Shown: positions 20,433 to 31,280, counted from the first letter of the stretch. The stretch is 64,000 nucleotides of DNA from Dehalococcoidia bacterium (GCA_965197585.1 OZ240215.1:2912001-2976000), one strand, 5' to 3'. Notes: generated by a model not told the origin, from the sequence alone. Made by a program: numbers and translations.

Positions 20433-20792
20433 TTAAAACGGTCTCCCACGTAATCGGCGTGGCAGCAGTTTCTGCCCCACTGGATCCACCATTAGGCCAA
20501 ACTCCTCCAGCGCCAAGGCTCCCAAAAGTGGCTCGCTATCCTCACCAAAAACCACCTGGCACACTTCCTCGCGGCCATCATAGGACATGAGCGCTCTTCC
20601 GATGGGATACTCCTTCAATGACCCATCGGCCATCTCCATCACTTCGCTCTTATATGGCTTGACCCCCGCCTTCTGCAATACAGAACTCGGGATCAGCGAG
20701 TAGTGAGCACCCGTATCTACCGTGGCCTTCACTCGTTGAAATGCGTTGCCTTCAATGTTAGCCACACCTATTGTTACCGAGAACATTCCCAT
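20433..20792 (-). CDS. clan AA (retropepsin-like) aspartic protease
   Basis: ATVDTGAHYS and PLLGALALEEFGL motifs. Confidence 0.85.
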   Translation of the reverse strand: MGMFSVTIGVANIEGNAFQRVKATVDTGAHYSLIPSSVLQKAGVKPYKSEVMEMADGSLKEYPIGRALMSYDGREEVCQVVFGEDSEPLLGALALEEFGLMVDPVGQKLLPRRLRGRPF

Positions 20793-21138
20793 AATTGTTG
20801 CCTTTTCCCTCATTATAACCGACTACATCTAATAACATAAAGTAATTAGCAGTTGCGTACTAGTTAAGGAAGCCTCTGCCACATACAATCCCTCTTCATT
20901 GTTCTGTCCTCCCTCCTCCCCAATTACTGAATTAGGGGCACAAGCATGCGCCAAGGTGTATGTGTATGCCCCTATTCATCTCTCCCCCTCTCCCTTAGGG
21001 ACTTTAAGGGAGAGGGGGATCAAGGGGGAGAGGGTTCCCTGCTGGCGATGGCAGGTGTGAAGAGTTGTTGACACCCCGACACCCCCCTCCCCATAATCAC
21101 CGCGTCCCATCTCCCCCGCCCAGCCAAGGAGGTCCAGC

Positions 21139-22125
21139 ATGTCCCCTTCCCAAAAAATGAAGAAACTCGTAGTCGTTGACGACGGTATCAGCACCATAAA
21201 AGTGGACGGCCTCGAGCCCTACGCCCGCACCCTCGCCGACGAGTTTGTCATCCACCGCGACGCCCCCGCCGACAACGAAGACCTCATCCAGCGCTGCCAA
21301 GGCGCCGACGCCGTGATTAACATCCTCTCCACCTCCGAGTTCACCCGAGACCTTATGACACGCTGCCCGGACCTGCGTGTCGTTTCCATATGGGCCGCAG
21401 GGGTCAACAACGTCGATCTGGACGCCGCCCAGGAGTTGGGCGTAACCATCTGCAACACCCCGGGTTACGGCAACTTCGGTGTGGGAGAGCACACGCTGGC
21501 CCTCATGCTGGCCGCGGCCCGCAACATGCACCAGGTCGACAGGCGGATCCGCCAGGGCGAGTGGGTCAAGGAACCCCTGGTGCAGCTTTACGGCAAGACC
21601 CTCGGGGTCCTGGGCGCGGGTCCCATAGCCCAGCGAGTCATGGAGCTAGGCCGGGTCATCGGTATGGACGTCATCGCCTGGACCCTGAACCCTTCACCCG
21701 AGCGCGCCGCCAAGTACGGAGTCGAATTCGTGGACGTAGACACCCTTTGCGAGAAGGCCGACGTGGTAGCCGCCATCATCGCCCTTTCGGACAAGACTCA
21801 CCACGTCATCGGGCGCAAGCAGCTGGAGATGATGAAGCCGAGCGCCATTGTCGTGAACACAGGCAGGGGCGCCCTCATCGACGAAGACGCTCTCTACGAG
21901 TTCCTGCGCGACGGCAAGATAAAGGCCGCGGGCCTGGATGTCTTCTCGACCGAGCCCCTCCCCGCCAAGCACCCCTTCACCGAGCTTGACAACGTCATCC
22001 TCTCGTCCCATGTCGCCGCCCACACCCCCGAGACCACCCTGGCCGGCGTCAAGATGTCCCTGGACAACATCGCCACCTTCCTCGAAGGCACCACCCAAAA
22101 CGTATTCTCCCCCGGCTTCCGGTAG
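21139..22125 (+). CDS. D-isomer-specific 2-hydroxyacid dehydrogenase
   Basis: GKTLGVLGAGPIA, VNTGRGALIDE, AGLDVFSTEP, SSHVA. Confidence 0.92.
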   Translation: MSPSQKMKKLVVVDDGISTIKVDGLEPYARTLADEFVIHRDAPADNEDLIQRCQGADAVINILSTSEFTRDLMTRCPDLRVVSIWAAGVNNVDLDAAQELGVTICNTPGYGNFGVGEHTLALMLAAARNMHQVDRRIRQGEWVKEPLVQLYGKTLGVLGAGPIAQRVMELGRVIGMDVIAWTLNPSPERAAKYGVEFVDVDTLCEKADVVAAIIALSDKTHHVIGRKQLEMMKPSAIVVNTGRGALIDEDALYEFLRDGKIKAAGLDVFSTEPLPAKHPFTELDNVILSSHVAAHTPETTLAGVKMSLDNIATFLEGTTQNVFSPGFR

Positions 22126-22140
22126 AAGAGGCGTTTATCC

Positions 22141-22170
22141 GTCATTCCGGCCACCGAGCCGGAATCCAGG
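22141..22170. repeat. GTCATTCC...GGAATCCAG REP-like element
   Basis: Same element at ~22602, ~23604 and reversed at ~31281 and ~32100. Confidence 0.8.
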
Positions 22171-22228
22171 GGTGGGGTGGGAGGGTCGCTTTCCGCCCTT
22201 CTACTCCACGTGGTAGTCTAAATATGTC

Positions 22229-22558
22229 ATGAACGACGCCATCGTCTTCGACAGCCACCGATTCGTCAGGAACCTCACTGCCAGCGGCTTTACCGAGCGC
22301 CAGGCCGAAGCGCTAGCCAACGAGCAGGTCCAACTCCTCAACGGAAACCTCGCCACTAAGACCGACCTCGCATCGGCTCAGACCAACCTTGAAGCGAAGC
22401 TCGCAGGCGTCAAGGCCGACCTCGAAGCGAAGAGCGCAGGCGTCAAGGCCGACCTCGAAGTGAAAATTGCAAACGTCCAAACCAACCTGTTGAAGTGGAT
22501 GTTCGCTGCCCTCATTGCCCAGGCCAGCGTAGTCGTGACGCTAATCAAGCTGCTCTAA
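22229..22558 (+). CDS. DUF1640/CCDC90-like coiled-coil protein
   Basis: FDSHRFVRNLTASGFTERQAEAL, LATKTDL, 11-aa repeats, C-terminal LLKWM hydrophobic helix. Confidence 0.75.
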   Translation: MNDAIVFDSHRFVRNLTASGFTERQAEALANEQVQLLNGNLATKTDLASAQTNLEAKLAGVKADLEAKSAGVKADLEVKIANVQTNLLKWMFAALIAQASVVVTLIKLL

Positions 22559-22601
22559 CAGCATCCAAGCCCCACCCTTCCCGACCCCCATCCCTACCTT
22601 C

Positions 22602-22703
22602 CGTCATTCTCGTGCCTCGACACGGGAATCCAGAGTCACCCACTCACGCGTCCACCCTCCAACCCCCCACCCGTTCACCCTGAGCCCCGTCGAAGGGTCG
22701 AGC
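22602..22703. repeat. REP-like pair (GTCATT..GAATCCAG plus CCTGAGC..GTCGAAGGGT)
   Basis: Second motif recurs at ~19745, ~24745, ~30200, ~32060, ~33040. Confidence 0.75.
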
Positions 22704-22725
22704 GCACCGAAGCACGCACAACCCC

Positions 22726-23559
22726 CTACCCGAACAGCGCCCTCCCCACCTCTCCCACCCCCTTCAAGTCGAAGGGCGGGTAGATGTCTAGGACGATCCT
22801 GTCGATCCCTTCCTCCTCCATCCGCGCCACGTAGCCCCTAGGATCGGATAACACGGCTTCGTCCAGCCTGTCGGAGATGGATATCTCGAACTGGTCCCTG
22901 GGCCGCCCGACTCTCGCCAGCTCTTCCAGCACGATTGGCCTTAGCTGCTTGAACTTCGGGTTCTCCTCGCCATCCCATCCCCGAGGCGCCTCGCAGTTCC
23001 ACCCGACCCCCACTCTCACAGCGTTCCTCGCCGACATCGGCCCCAGCCCTGCCACCATAACCGGGGGCACTGGCTCGGGGGCGGGAGTCGATAGGACGCC
23101 CTTAGCGCTGTAGTATTTGCCCTGGTAGCTGACCCGCTCGCCCGTCCACATGAGCCTCATCAGTTCCACGGCCTCCCCCACCCGTTCCACCCGCTCCCTC
23201 CCTGCCGGGAAGGGCCTGTTGAACCCGACCTGCTCCTTAGGTCTCGCCCCGGCGCCTATGCCCAGTTCGATTCGACCCCCGGAGATCTGTTGCACGGTGG
23301 CGACTGTTTTCGCCAGCACGTCCGGCGCCCGATTCAATACGTTGGAAACGAAGCTTCCCAGCTTGACGCGCTGAGTAGCCTCGGCCAGGGCAGCGAGGAG
23401 TGTCCAGCATTCCAGGACCGGCTCATCGTCGTCTTTGAAAGACAGTAGATGGTCCCACGTCCAGACCGACTCGAAGCCCGACGCCTCTGCGGCCAGCGCC
23501 GCCTCCCGGCACTCGAGGTACGTCGTCCCAAACGGCACTATGCAAATCCCGATTTTCAT
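22726..23559 (-). CDS. LLM-class flavin-dependent oxidoreductase
   Basis: SVWTWDH, ECWTLLAALA, ISGGRIELGIGAG. Confidence 0.92.
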   Translation of the reverse strand: MKIGICIVPFGTTYLECREAALAAEASGFESVWTWDHLLSFKDDDEPVLECWTLLAALAEATQRVKLGSFVSNVLNRAPDVLAKTVATVQQISGGRIELGIGAGARPKEQVGFNRPFPAGRERVERVGEAVELMRLMWTGERVSYQGKYYSAKGVLSTPAPEPVPPVMVAGLGPMSARNAVRVGVGWNCEAPRGWDGEENPKFKQLRPIVLEELARVGRPRDQFEISISDRLDEAVLSDPRGYVARMEEEGIDRIVLDIYPPFDLKGVGEVGRALFG

Positions 23560-23672
23560 TGATGGCCTAGTCTCCTATAACTCCGACCGACTCTTACCTA
23601 ACTGTCATTCCCGACTCCGATCGGGAATCCAGGGGCGGGGGTAGGGTCTCCTTCCCGGGGCGGGGCCACGCA

Positions 23673-24662
23673 TCACTTCGAAGGAAACAGCACGGCCAAC
23701 AAGTCAATAATCAGCTTGGCCGTAAACCGAGTCGTGGTCTCCGAGTGATCATACGGCGGGGCCACCTCCACGAAGTCGCACCCGACAATGTTCACCCGCT
23801 TCGCCAGCGCTATCAGCGCATCCCGCATCTCGAAGTAGTAGAGCCCGCCGGGTGCAGGGGTGCCCGTGCCCGGCATCTGCACCGGGTCCATCGCGTCGAT
23901 GTCGACGGTCAGGTAGACTTTGCCACCCGCAGGCACCTCCGCTATCGCCGCCTCGGGGCCCATGGCCCGGAACTGGTCAGTCGTGACTATCTTGACGCCC
24001 TTGGCTATGGCGTCCTCATACACGTCGGGCCGAGCCATGCGTATGCCCAGCGACGTTATGTTCCTCACGTTCGGCAGGTCGAAGCAGCGGCGTATCGGGC
24101 AGCCGTGGTGGTAGAAGGTGCCCTGGAGCTCGTGGCTGAAGTCTATGTGCGCATCGAAGTGGACCACGTCCAGATCGGCATAGCTGTCGAACCCCCGCAC
24201 TGCGGGAAAGGTGATCGAGTGGTCTCCCCCGACAATCACCGGAAAAGACCCCCGAGCCACTATCTGCCTCACTGCGTGGGTTGTCTTGGCATAGTTGTTC
24301 TCGACGTCCGACGGGATGATAGTCACGTCCCCGCAGTCGGCCATGGTGACGCCGCGGAGCATCATCTCCTTCCGGTCGATATCAAAGTAGCCCTGGGCCT
24401 CCTTGTCCTCGAAGGCGTCCATGTAGTCATAGATGCGGTTGACGTAGCGGATGCCGTTGGGCCCGAACCGGGCCCCGGGCCGGGCGTAGGTGCCCTGGTC
24501 GTACGGCACCCCCAGGAAAGCGACATCCGCATCCAACTCATCGATATTATTCACGAGCGGAGTACGGAAGAACGACATCGGCACCGCCCGAGTCGCGGGC
24601 CACGGCCCATCCCAAGTATCCTTCAGTTCGAGAGATCGGTTAGGCTCATGCTCGGCAGTCAT
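23673..24662 (-). CDS. agmatinase/ureohydrolase family protein
   Basis: RPGARFGP, GGDHS, HFDAHID, TVDIDAMDP...GTGTP, EVAPPYD. Confidence 0.92.
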   Translation of the reverse strand: MTAEHEPNRSLELKDTWDGPWPATRAVPMSFFRTPLVNNIDELDADVAFLGVPYDQGTYARPGARFGPNGIRYVNRIYDYMDAFEDKEAQGYFDIDRKEMMLRGVTMADCGDVTIIPSDVENNYAKTTHAVRQIVARGSFPVIVGGDHSITFPAVRGFDSYADLDVVHFDAHIDFSHELQGTFYHHGCPIRRCFDLPNVRNITSLGIRMARPDVYEDAIAKGVKIVTTDQFRAMGPEAAIAEVPAGGKVYLTVDIDAMDPVQMPGTGTPAPGGLYYFEMRDALIALAKRVNIVGCDFVEVAPPYDHSETTTRFTAKLIIDLLAVLFPSK

Positions 24663-24895
24663 ATATCACCTCCGCGTCAGTCGGGGCTAGGGGTGGGGAT
24701 TATACCTTGTGGGGGTGGGGGGTGGGGGAGGGGCAGGGGCCGCTCCCCCTGAGCAGCGTCGAAGGGTCGAGCGGAAGGGGAAGATGTTAACCATACAAGT
24801 ATGTCGTACAATCAACGAACAACCCTTGGCTCCATGCCCCGACAAACCGAACCCAACGTCAATAACGCCCTCGCCAACCTCCTGGAGACTAGTGT

Positions 24896-24961
24896 TTGAC
24901 TTTGCTCAATTAGGTCATGTACAGTGATAGACCCCTTGAGCATAAAATGATGATTGAGCAA
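24896..24961 (+). promoter_or_regulatory. putative promoter with TGCTCAA/TTGAGCA operator-like repeats
   Basis: TTGACT-18 nt-TACAGT; TTGCTCAAT 24902, TTGAGCA 24936, ATTGAGCAA 24953. Confidence 0.45.
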
Positions 24962-24998
24962 CTCAACACGCGTATGGCGCGAGCACAATAGATTGTAG

Positions 24999-25775
24999 GT
25001 GGGGGGACAAATGAATGAGCCCTCGTTGACTCACATATTTGGTGAGTGGAGTGTTGAGAGTCTTCGCTTAACTACCTTTCACGGGGTAAAGTCGCCGCCA
25101 CAGGGTTTATGGAGCGAGCTCATGGGGATAAACCCTGAATCGCAAGATTCCAGACCACGTGAGCAGTTTACTAGGGAACAAGGGGGCTTAGGAGAAAATC
25201 GGCTACTTTTGGAGACCCAAAGACAGCGCTTGGATTGGAAAGTCGTACCGTCTCCACCCCCATCTGTGAGCAACGGTGATAGTGACGTCCCCAATCTTCT
25301 AGCAGTAGAACAGGGTGTCGAGCTACTGCAAAATGCACTAACCGTCACTCTGAAACACATTTCACTGGTTAACAGGTTGGCCCTGGGGGTTGTCTTATTG
25401 AAGCTTGCCATGGATCCAAGCGAGGGAATAGCCACAATCGTGAAATACGTCCCTCATCTGGCATCAGCCTTACACGGGACATCTGACCTGATATATCAAA
25501 TTAACCGGAAGCGACGCTCCAGAGTGGCTCCTCATGTGGAGATAAACAGACTATGCAAGTGGACATTGGAGCAGTATCAAGGTGGTGCTTTACTTATATC
25601 GCCTTCTCAGGACCCGGTATTTCAACCTGACAAAACGCGATTTATTGCTAAGGCATCGCTGGATATCAATACAGTTCCTAGCGATACCGCAATCTCTACA
25701 AAGAGAATGCCAGCACTATTAGGGGAATTTATCGAATTGGCCCGTGAAGTTGCCATTAAAGGAGACATTTCATGA
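24999..25775 (+). CDS. hypothetical protein, TIGR04255-like
   Basis: Q..RLDW, VNRLALG and C-terminal LDINT pattern; low GC; ATGA overlap with next gene. Confidence 0.55.
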   Translation: MGGQMNEPSLTHIFGEWSVESLRLTTFHGVKSPPQGLWSELMGINPESQDSRPREQFTREQGGLGENRLLLETQRQRLDWKVVPSPPPSVSNGDSDVPNLLAVEQGVELLQNALTVTLKHISLVNRLALGVVLLKLAMDPSEGIATIVKYVPHLASALHGTSDLIYQINRKRRSRVAPHVEINRLCKWTLEQYQGGALLISPSQDPVFQPDKTRFIAKASLDINTVPSDTAISTKRMPALLGEFIELAREVAIKGDIS

Positions 25776-26509
25776 CCTTGGCAGAAGCTGGGCCTGGCAC
25801 ACTTAATCGTGGTCGAGGGCGCGATGACCATATGTTGCGTGCTTGGTACACGAACAAAATTCCATTTAACGGCGGTAATGTCTATGAGGTTGTACGCAAG
25901 TTGGAAAACAACGTAGTTGGGACATTGCCCTCGTCTCAGCAGGGTGACCAGCAGCAGGCTGATTACCGGGTAGTCGGCGAAATCTTGGCACATGACTTTA
26001 TAGTCCCGGTGCATTCGGGCACTATTGAAACTGAGCTCGAAGTCCGGGAATACCATGACATGGGGCGCACTTTCGTCATAGTTGACTTCATGGAACCCGA
26101 AGATGAGTTCCCATACGAATGTCAGGAAGTGATTCGGGAATTACGTGACAACGGGCGGCCTATCCTAGCGGACACCCTGCTCGACATGGTGCGAGAGATG
26201 CAAGAAGAGCCCCTTGACAGCGATGTAGTTATTGTCTCTTTGCGCGATATGGCCCGGTTCCTCATCGAAGAGCGTACAGTAGTAGACCCCATTGTCGGAC
26301 CCGACGGGAAGGGGGTTATGTACGCTCAATGGGAGATCACTGACGGTGGTGATCTAATTTTGGGTTTTCCAGGTTATGGGGAAGTCATTTTGGTCGCACA
26401 GAGGGATGAAGGCCCTAACGTCGAAGAGTTGGATATCAGTGACCGCGGCTTCCAAGAACGCATACTAGAGGAATATGGCTACCTCGTACCCCGCCGGTCT
26501 GCCTCCTAA
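25772..26509 (+). CDS. acidic hypothetical protein (possible antitoxin/immunity)
   Basis: Coupled ORF; C-terminal PIVGPDGKGVMYAQW..LILGF domain; very acidic. Confidence 0.6.
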   Translation: MTLAEAGPGTLNRGRGRDDHMLRAWYTNKIPFNGGNVYEVVRKLENNVVGTLPSSQQGDQQQADYRVVGEILAHDFIVPVHSGTIETELEVREYHDMGRTFVIVDFMEPEDEFPYECQEVIRELRDNGRPILADTLLDMVREMQEEPLDSDVVIVSLRDMARFLIEERTVVDPIVGPDGKGVMYAQWEITDGGDLILGFPGYGEVILVAQRDEGPNVEELDISDRGFQERILEEYGYLVPRRSAS

Positions 26510-26930
26510 AACCCCTCTGCCAGATTCTGACGATGTAGTCAGATATTGTTCACCTAGCAGATATGACCACAAAAACAATCGCCCCAAGGTAGGGGCGTTT
26601 ATTGCCGAGGGAAGGCCCCCTGAGCTATCTGTAAACCATCTACAGCATTACAAAGGTTTAAGCAAACCTACTGCAATGGCGCACGTCAGGGCCGAGGTTG
26701 ATGGCTACCTAACATTGAAACCCAAGGGGCGTTTCGTAATGTTTAACGTGGCGGCTATTAAGAACGAAGATCGCCGTCACAGCGTCGATCTCACCGTCAT
26801 ATACACACCAGAGCGTGATAAGCCATCGCACTCTTCCATTTATGTGCACCTGGATGAGGACGTGCCTAGGGTGGCGACTCTGTTAATGAGGCTGACGACT
26901 CGAGCCAATACGTGCCCAGCTGTAACCTAG
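26475..26930 (+). CDS. hypothetical protein, ADP-ribosyltransferase-like
   Basis: VVRYC...GAF...ELSVN...PSHSSI pattern; GAGG RBS; overlaps upstream gene. Confidence 0.55.
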   Translation: MATSYPAGLPPKTPLPDSDDVVRYCSPSRYDHKNNRPKVGAFIAEGRPPELSVNHLQHYKGLSKPTAMAHVRAEVDGYLTLKPKGRFVMFNVAAIKNEDRRHSVDLTVIYTPERDKPSHSSIYVHLDEDVPRVATLLMRLTTRANTCPAVT

Positions 26931-27248
26931 GCACACGGTTCACAAACCATGGCTAGGGACCCCGTTTATCTTTAAAGTGCCCTACTGTTAGCAAGTTGCC
27001 CTGTGTTGGAGTCCGGAATCTTACTTCCCTGAAACTACACAGGACACGACGCTTTCGGCAGATCTGTCTAGTGTCACGGCCCCGACCCTCCGCTCACTAT
27101 CCATCAAACTATGTATTGCCCTACTCAAGAAAAGAGCCCACGCGGCCCCACCCCCCACGCGCCCGAGGCCGCGCTGCACGAAATCATCGCAAAGCGCGGC
27201 CTTGGCATACTGTGAGGGCGAGGCTAGGTTGTTGGAGTCCTTCGCCCC

Positions 27249-27911
27249 CTATGCGCCCAACCGGAAGGGCGGATACCGGTCCGTCGTCAGCAGGAAGGCG
27301 TAGGCGCCGACGCGATAGCTCCACCGCATCACGCCAACCACGAACTCGAACATTCCTTGGGGATACCGGCCTGTGACCAGGATCAACAGCCAAGCCAGTA
27401 TCGTGACCAGAATGGCCAGGACCCCAAGAACGGCGAGAATTATGTAGTGCGGAATGGCCAACAGCCACTTGAAGATGGGCAGGATCCGGTTCAGATCAGT
27501 CTCGGCGTTCGGATACTCGATCCGCAGATGCACCGACTGCTCTTCGTCCGTGGAGGGATACTCGTCCCGGAGCACCAACAGAAACGACTCAATCCTCGCC
27601 GTGAACCGGCTCAACTCCAGGTTCCAGTCGAACCACCACTTGGGATACTTCTTGCGGAACACTATCATCAACAGCGGCCCGATAAACAAGATGCCGCCGA
27701 CAGAGATGGGCAGCAACGCCTCGTTCAGTTCCGGGCTCCCCGTGTCGAAGTAGCCACCTATGAAGGCACTCACCACGAGAATTGGTATCGACAGGATGAT
27801 TCGCAGCAATACCGACAGCCGGTTCCTCGACGCCTGATAATCGACGGATAACTGCACCGGATAGTCGGAACCCCCACCCCCCATATTGGAATTCGCTTCA
27901 CTCTGCGCCAT
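27249..27911 (-). CDS. DUF4389 membrane protein
   Basis: Duplicated NRL..R..L.IP and YP..F units; ends TDRYPPF. Confidence 0.8.
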   Translation of the reverse strand: MAQSEANSNMGGGGSDYPVQLSVDYQASRNRLSVLLRIILSIPILVVSAFIGGYFDTGSPELNEALLPISVGGILFIGPLLMIVFRKKYPKWWFDWNLELSRFTARIESFLLVLRDEYPSTDEEQSVHLRIEYPNAETDLNRILPIFKWLLAIPHYIILAVLGVLAILVTILAWLLILVTGRYPQGMFEFVVGVMRWSYRVGAYAFLLTTDRYPPFRLGA

Positions 27912-28083
27912 GAAAACCTCCCAAATTGAAATTCACACTCCCAGCCTCCAGGTCCATTCGCCGAGCATAGCAGAAAGAGGTCGCCCCGTTTTTCACCGTT
28001 CATGGCTGCGGAATAGCCCAACGGCTCCCTTGAATCTCACCCTCAGGCCTCTTACTCGACCACCGTCAACGACTCGTAGAACC

Positions 28084-28482
28084 CTAACCCCCCACCAACA
28101 CCACCCCCCGCATCCGAGCCAGTCTCCGGTCGAATGTGTAAAGAGGCGCAGCTCCCACCCGTTCCGCAGCCGCAAGAATCATCAGGTCCGAAAAACCAAC
28201 GCCTCCCTGCCGGTAGCGGTGCGCCGCCGCAACCACGTCATCCGCATTCTCGACTACGAGACTATCCGAAGCAGTCAGGTCCATCAACACCTCGGCAATC
28301 CGTGCACGAGGGAACCGGTAGCTACGCTCCAGCACCCATGCAGCCTCGATCACTACCTCGCGGCAAATGAAGCCTGGGGTGTCGGGAGTCAACTGCTCCA
28401 GCAGCGAACGGGCGGCCTCCGACTGTCCCGGGTCGTCCGCCACCAGGTAGCGTACGATCACGTTGGTGTCGACCGCCGTCAT
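28084..28482 (-). CDS. vapC: VapC PIN-domain toxin
   Basis: AVDTNVIVRYL, E..WVL, FSDLMI, YTFDRRL. Confidence 0.9.
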   Translation of the reverse strand: MTAVDTNVIVRYLVADDPGQSEAARSLLEQLTPDTPGFICREVVIEAAWVLERSYRFPRARIAEVLMDLTASDSLVVENADDVVAAAHRYRQGGVGFSDLMILAAAERVGAAPLYTFDRRLARMRGVVLVGG

Positions 28483-28712
28483 CCTTCACTCGCCCCCTCT
28501 GCGATGGCCTTGTCCATATCTTCCAGGCTCACCGACGGACCGCCGTACTTCAAGCTGCCGAACAGACGGCTCGTGGGCCGGACCGGCATTATCAGCACTC
28601 CCTCATCCAGGATCACGTAGCGCACCTTGTCCCCCGCCTTCACCGACAGAGATTCCCTCACCGCTTTGGGCAGCGTCGTCTGCCCCTTCACCGTTATGCT
28701 GGATTCAAACAT
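28479..28712 (-). CDS. vapB: AbrB/MazE-family antitoxin
   Basis: ITVKGQTTLPKAVRE.L....GD; 4-bp overlap with toxin; CCTTAC/GTAAGG operator-like repeats at ~28748-28792. Confidence 0.88.
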   Translation of the reverse strand: MFESSITVKGQTTLPKAVRESLSVKAGDKVRYVILDEGVLIMPVRPTSRLFGSLKYGGPSVSLEDMDKAIAEGASEG

Positions 28713-28859
28713 GAAATCACCCCTTCACATGGCAGTATGAGAAATGTCCTTACATTATAAACAATAGCAATGCCTTACGCTTAATTGTAAGGTTATCTTT
28801 TAACAGAGGGTCCGCTTACCCAGCCATCCGAGGCCCCGCGAGGAATCTGGGCCGGGGTC

Positions 28860-30134
28860 TGTACGACCGGGGACATGGGTAACAGTTAGACCGAGGACAT
28901 AGGTAACACTTTGACTGGGGTTTTGTCGACCCTTCTGGTGGGGTCATCAAGGAGCCCGATGATGAGGGGCCCGAACTGTATGGACCAGGTTCGTTCGTCT
29001 ATCTGGACCAGGCCGATGGGTTCGCCCCTGAGGGACTCGCTCACGTAGAGCATATCTCCCTTCCACTTGATCTGTCCGTTGCTGCGGACACTACGTACGG
29101 TGACACCGGCGTGGTACTCGGGCGAGCTGATACGTGTGGATAGGGTCTGATTGAGGGCGTGTACAGCCAGCTTGGTGGATGCCGACCCAGGGCCTCATGT
29201 GGCCTCTCGAAGTTGTAGGTGTGCCTGAAGCGTTCTAGGGCTCGCCGTTGTCGTCTCCAGTTGGCCTTTGGAGGCGAAGCGGCCTCGGCCTTGAGGGTTC
29301 GGTGAAGGCGCTCGATGCGTCCATTCTGTTCGGGGTGACCGGGCTCGATGCGTTCGGGTACGATCCCCAGCTTGACCCACCATGCGGATAGTGGCGAGAG
29401 GCTGCCCAGACCCACACCGGCGAAGGGTGGACCATTGTCGGTGCGTATGGCCCGAGGGGTGCCGTACTCTCGGAAGGTTCTCTCCAGAGAGCGCTTGACT
29501 TCCGGGCCGGCAGGGCAGTCGAGAGGGTCGCATACCAGTAAGTAGCGGGACATGGCGTCCTGGGCTGTCAGGGGGTCTATCCGCATTCCGTCATCCGTGC
29601 GGAACCAGCCCTTCAGGTCGATGGCCCACAAGTCATTGGGGCGCCGGGCATGGGCGAAGGGCTCACCCCAGCGTGTAGCCCTGCGTCGCCGCTTGCGCCG
29701 CCTCACCAGACCCACACGGTCCAGTATGGCGCCTGCAGTGCTGGAGGACGGCCAGGGCACGTAGGGCTCGATGGAATGCAACCAGGCGACGATCTTCTTC
29801 GGGCCCCATGTGGGGTGGGTGCGCTTCGCCTCGACGATACGCTCAGCCACCTTTGTGGGAGTGGCGTTGGGATGGCTGTGAGGAGCCCGGCTTAGGTCAA
29901 GTAGACCGTCATCACCATACGCCTCGTATCGGCCGATTATCTTGTAGCCGGTCTTGCGGCTGATCCCGGACTGGCGGCACAGCTCAGCGACAGTCTCCTC
30001 TCCCGCAGTGTGACGCTCGATAAACTGCAACCGCTCCGATTCTATGCTCGTGTCTTTCCAAGGCAACACATCTTCCTCCTCTGAGATTGCCTAATACAAT
30101 CCCACGATGTGTTACCTTTCTGCCCGGTCTGTAC
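28860..30134 (-). mobile_element. IS481-family insertion sequence (degenerate)
   Basis: Ends TGTACGACCGGGGACATGGGTAACA (with internal repeat) and TGTTACCTTTCTGCCCGGTCTGTAC; encloses transposase. Confidence 0.85.
28886..30069 (-). pseudogene. IS481 transposase with frameshift near 29135
   Basis: MPWK..HTH, WAIDLKG, RTDNGPPF, QNGRIERLHRTLK; expected C-terminus RISSPEY..VRSNGQIKWKG..EPIGL..FGP..VLPMSSV* is in another frame. Confidence 0.8.
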
Positions 30135-30246
30135 CCCCCCAGCCCTCTCCCATCGAGGGAGAGGGGATAAGGCGGCCCCACACCACTGCCGCTCTTGAGA
30201 CCCTTCGACCCGGCTCAGGGCGAGCGGAATGCCCAACCCTGGATTC

Positions 30247-31280
30247 TCTAGACTCACAAACGAAGTGCAACACTTGGTTAAGGTGTTGTCATGGGAAAGA
30301 GTTATGGACATGTCACCATTGAAGAGCGATGTGAAGTGGCCCGACTACAAGCCGCGGGATACTCAGTCCGCCAAATCGCGGCAAGTCTGGATCGCTCGCC
30401 ATCGACAGTTGCTCAGGAGCTGAAGCGCAATGGTTCAAGAACCCAGGGATACGAGCCCAGGTATGCGTACCAACAGGCGCATGCCCGGCGATGGAGCGGG
30501 TCCCGGTTGGAGCGGGACAGGGGTCTGCGGGAGCAGGTGCTCTGTCGGCTCAAGCAGGGCTGGTCTCCGGAGCAGGTGGCGGGTCGGCTGGCGATGGAGT
30601 CAGGCAAGAGGGTCATCTCCCATGAGAGCATCTACCGCTTCATATATGGCCAGATGGCTCGTAAGAAGGAGTATGGGTGGAGACACTACCTTCCTCGAGC
30701 CAAGTCGAAGCGGGGCTGGCGAGGGCGCAAAGGGGGCAGTCCTGCCTCCTTCATGGCTATGCGGCGCCCGATTGCCGAGCGTCCGCAGAGTGCTGCCGAC
30801 CGCCGGACTCCCGGGCACTGGGAGGCGGACCTGATGCTGTTCAGGACATATGAACATGCGGTGCTGACCATGCACGAACGCTATTCCCGCATCCTCATAG
30901 CGCTCAGGCCCCCTGGCAAGGCATCCAGGCCCATCGCAGGGGCCATGTCGCAGGTGCTGGGTCAGTTGCCGCCTGAATGGCGACGGACGGTGACCTTCGA
31001 TAACGGGACCGAGTTTGCACTCCATTACCGGCTCCACGAACTGGGCATCGAGACCTTCTTCTGCGATACCCACTCCCCCTGGCAGAAGGGCGGGGTGGAG
31101 AACGCTATAGGCCGGTTGCGGCGAACTCTGCCCCGCAAGACGGACTTGGCGGCGTTGCCGGAGAAACGGTTTACGCAGCTGATTCAAGCGTACAACAATA
31201 CCCCGCGCAAGTGTCTGGGCTACAGGACCCCGGCAGAGATCTTTTTTGAAAGCGTGTTGCACTTGAAATGTGAATCCACA
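30247..31280 (+). mobile_element. IS30-family insertion sequence
   Basis: Imperfect IRs TCTAGACTCACAAACGAAGTGCAACAC / GTGTTGCACTTGAAATGTGAATCCACA; TTC duplicated on both sides. Confidence 0.9.
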
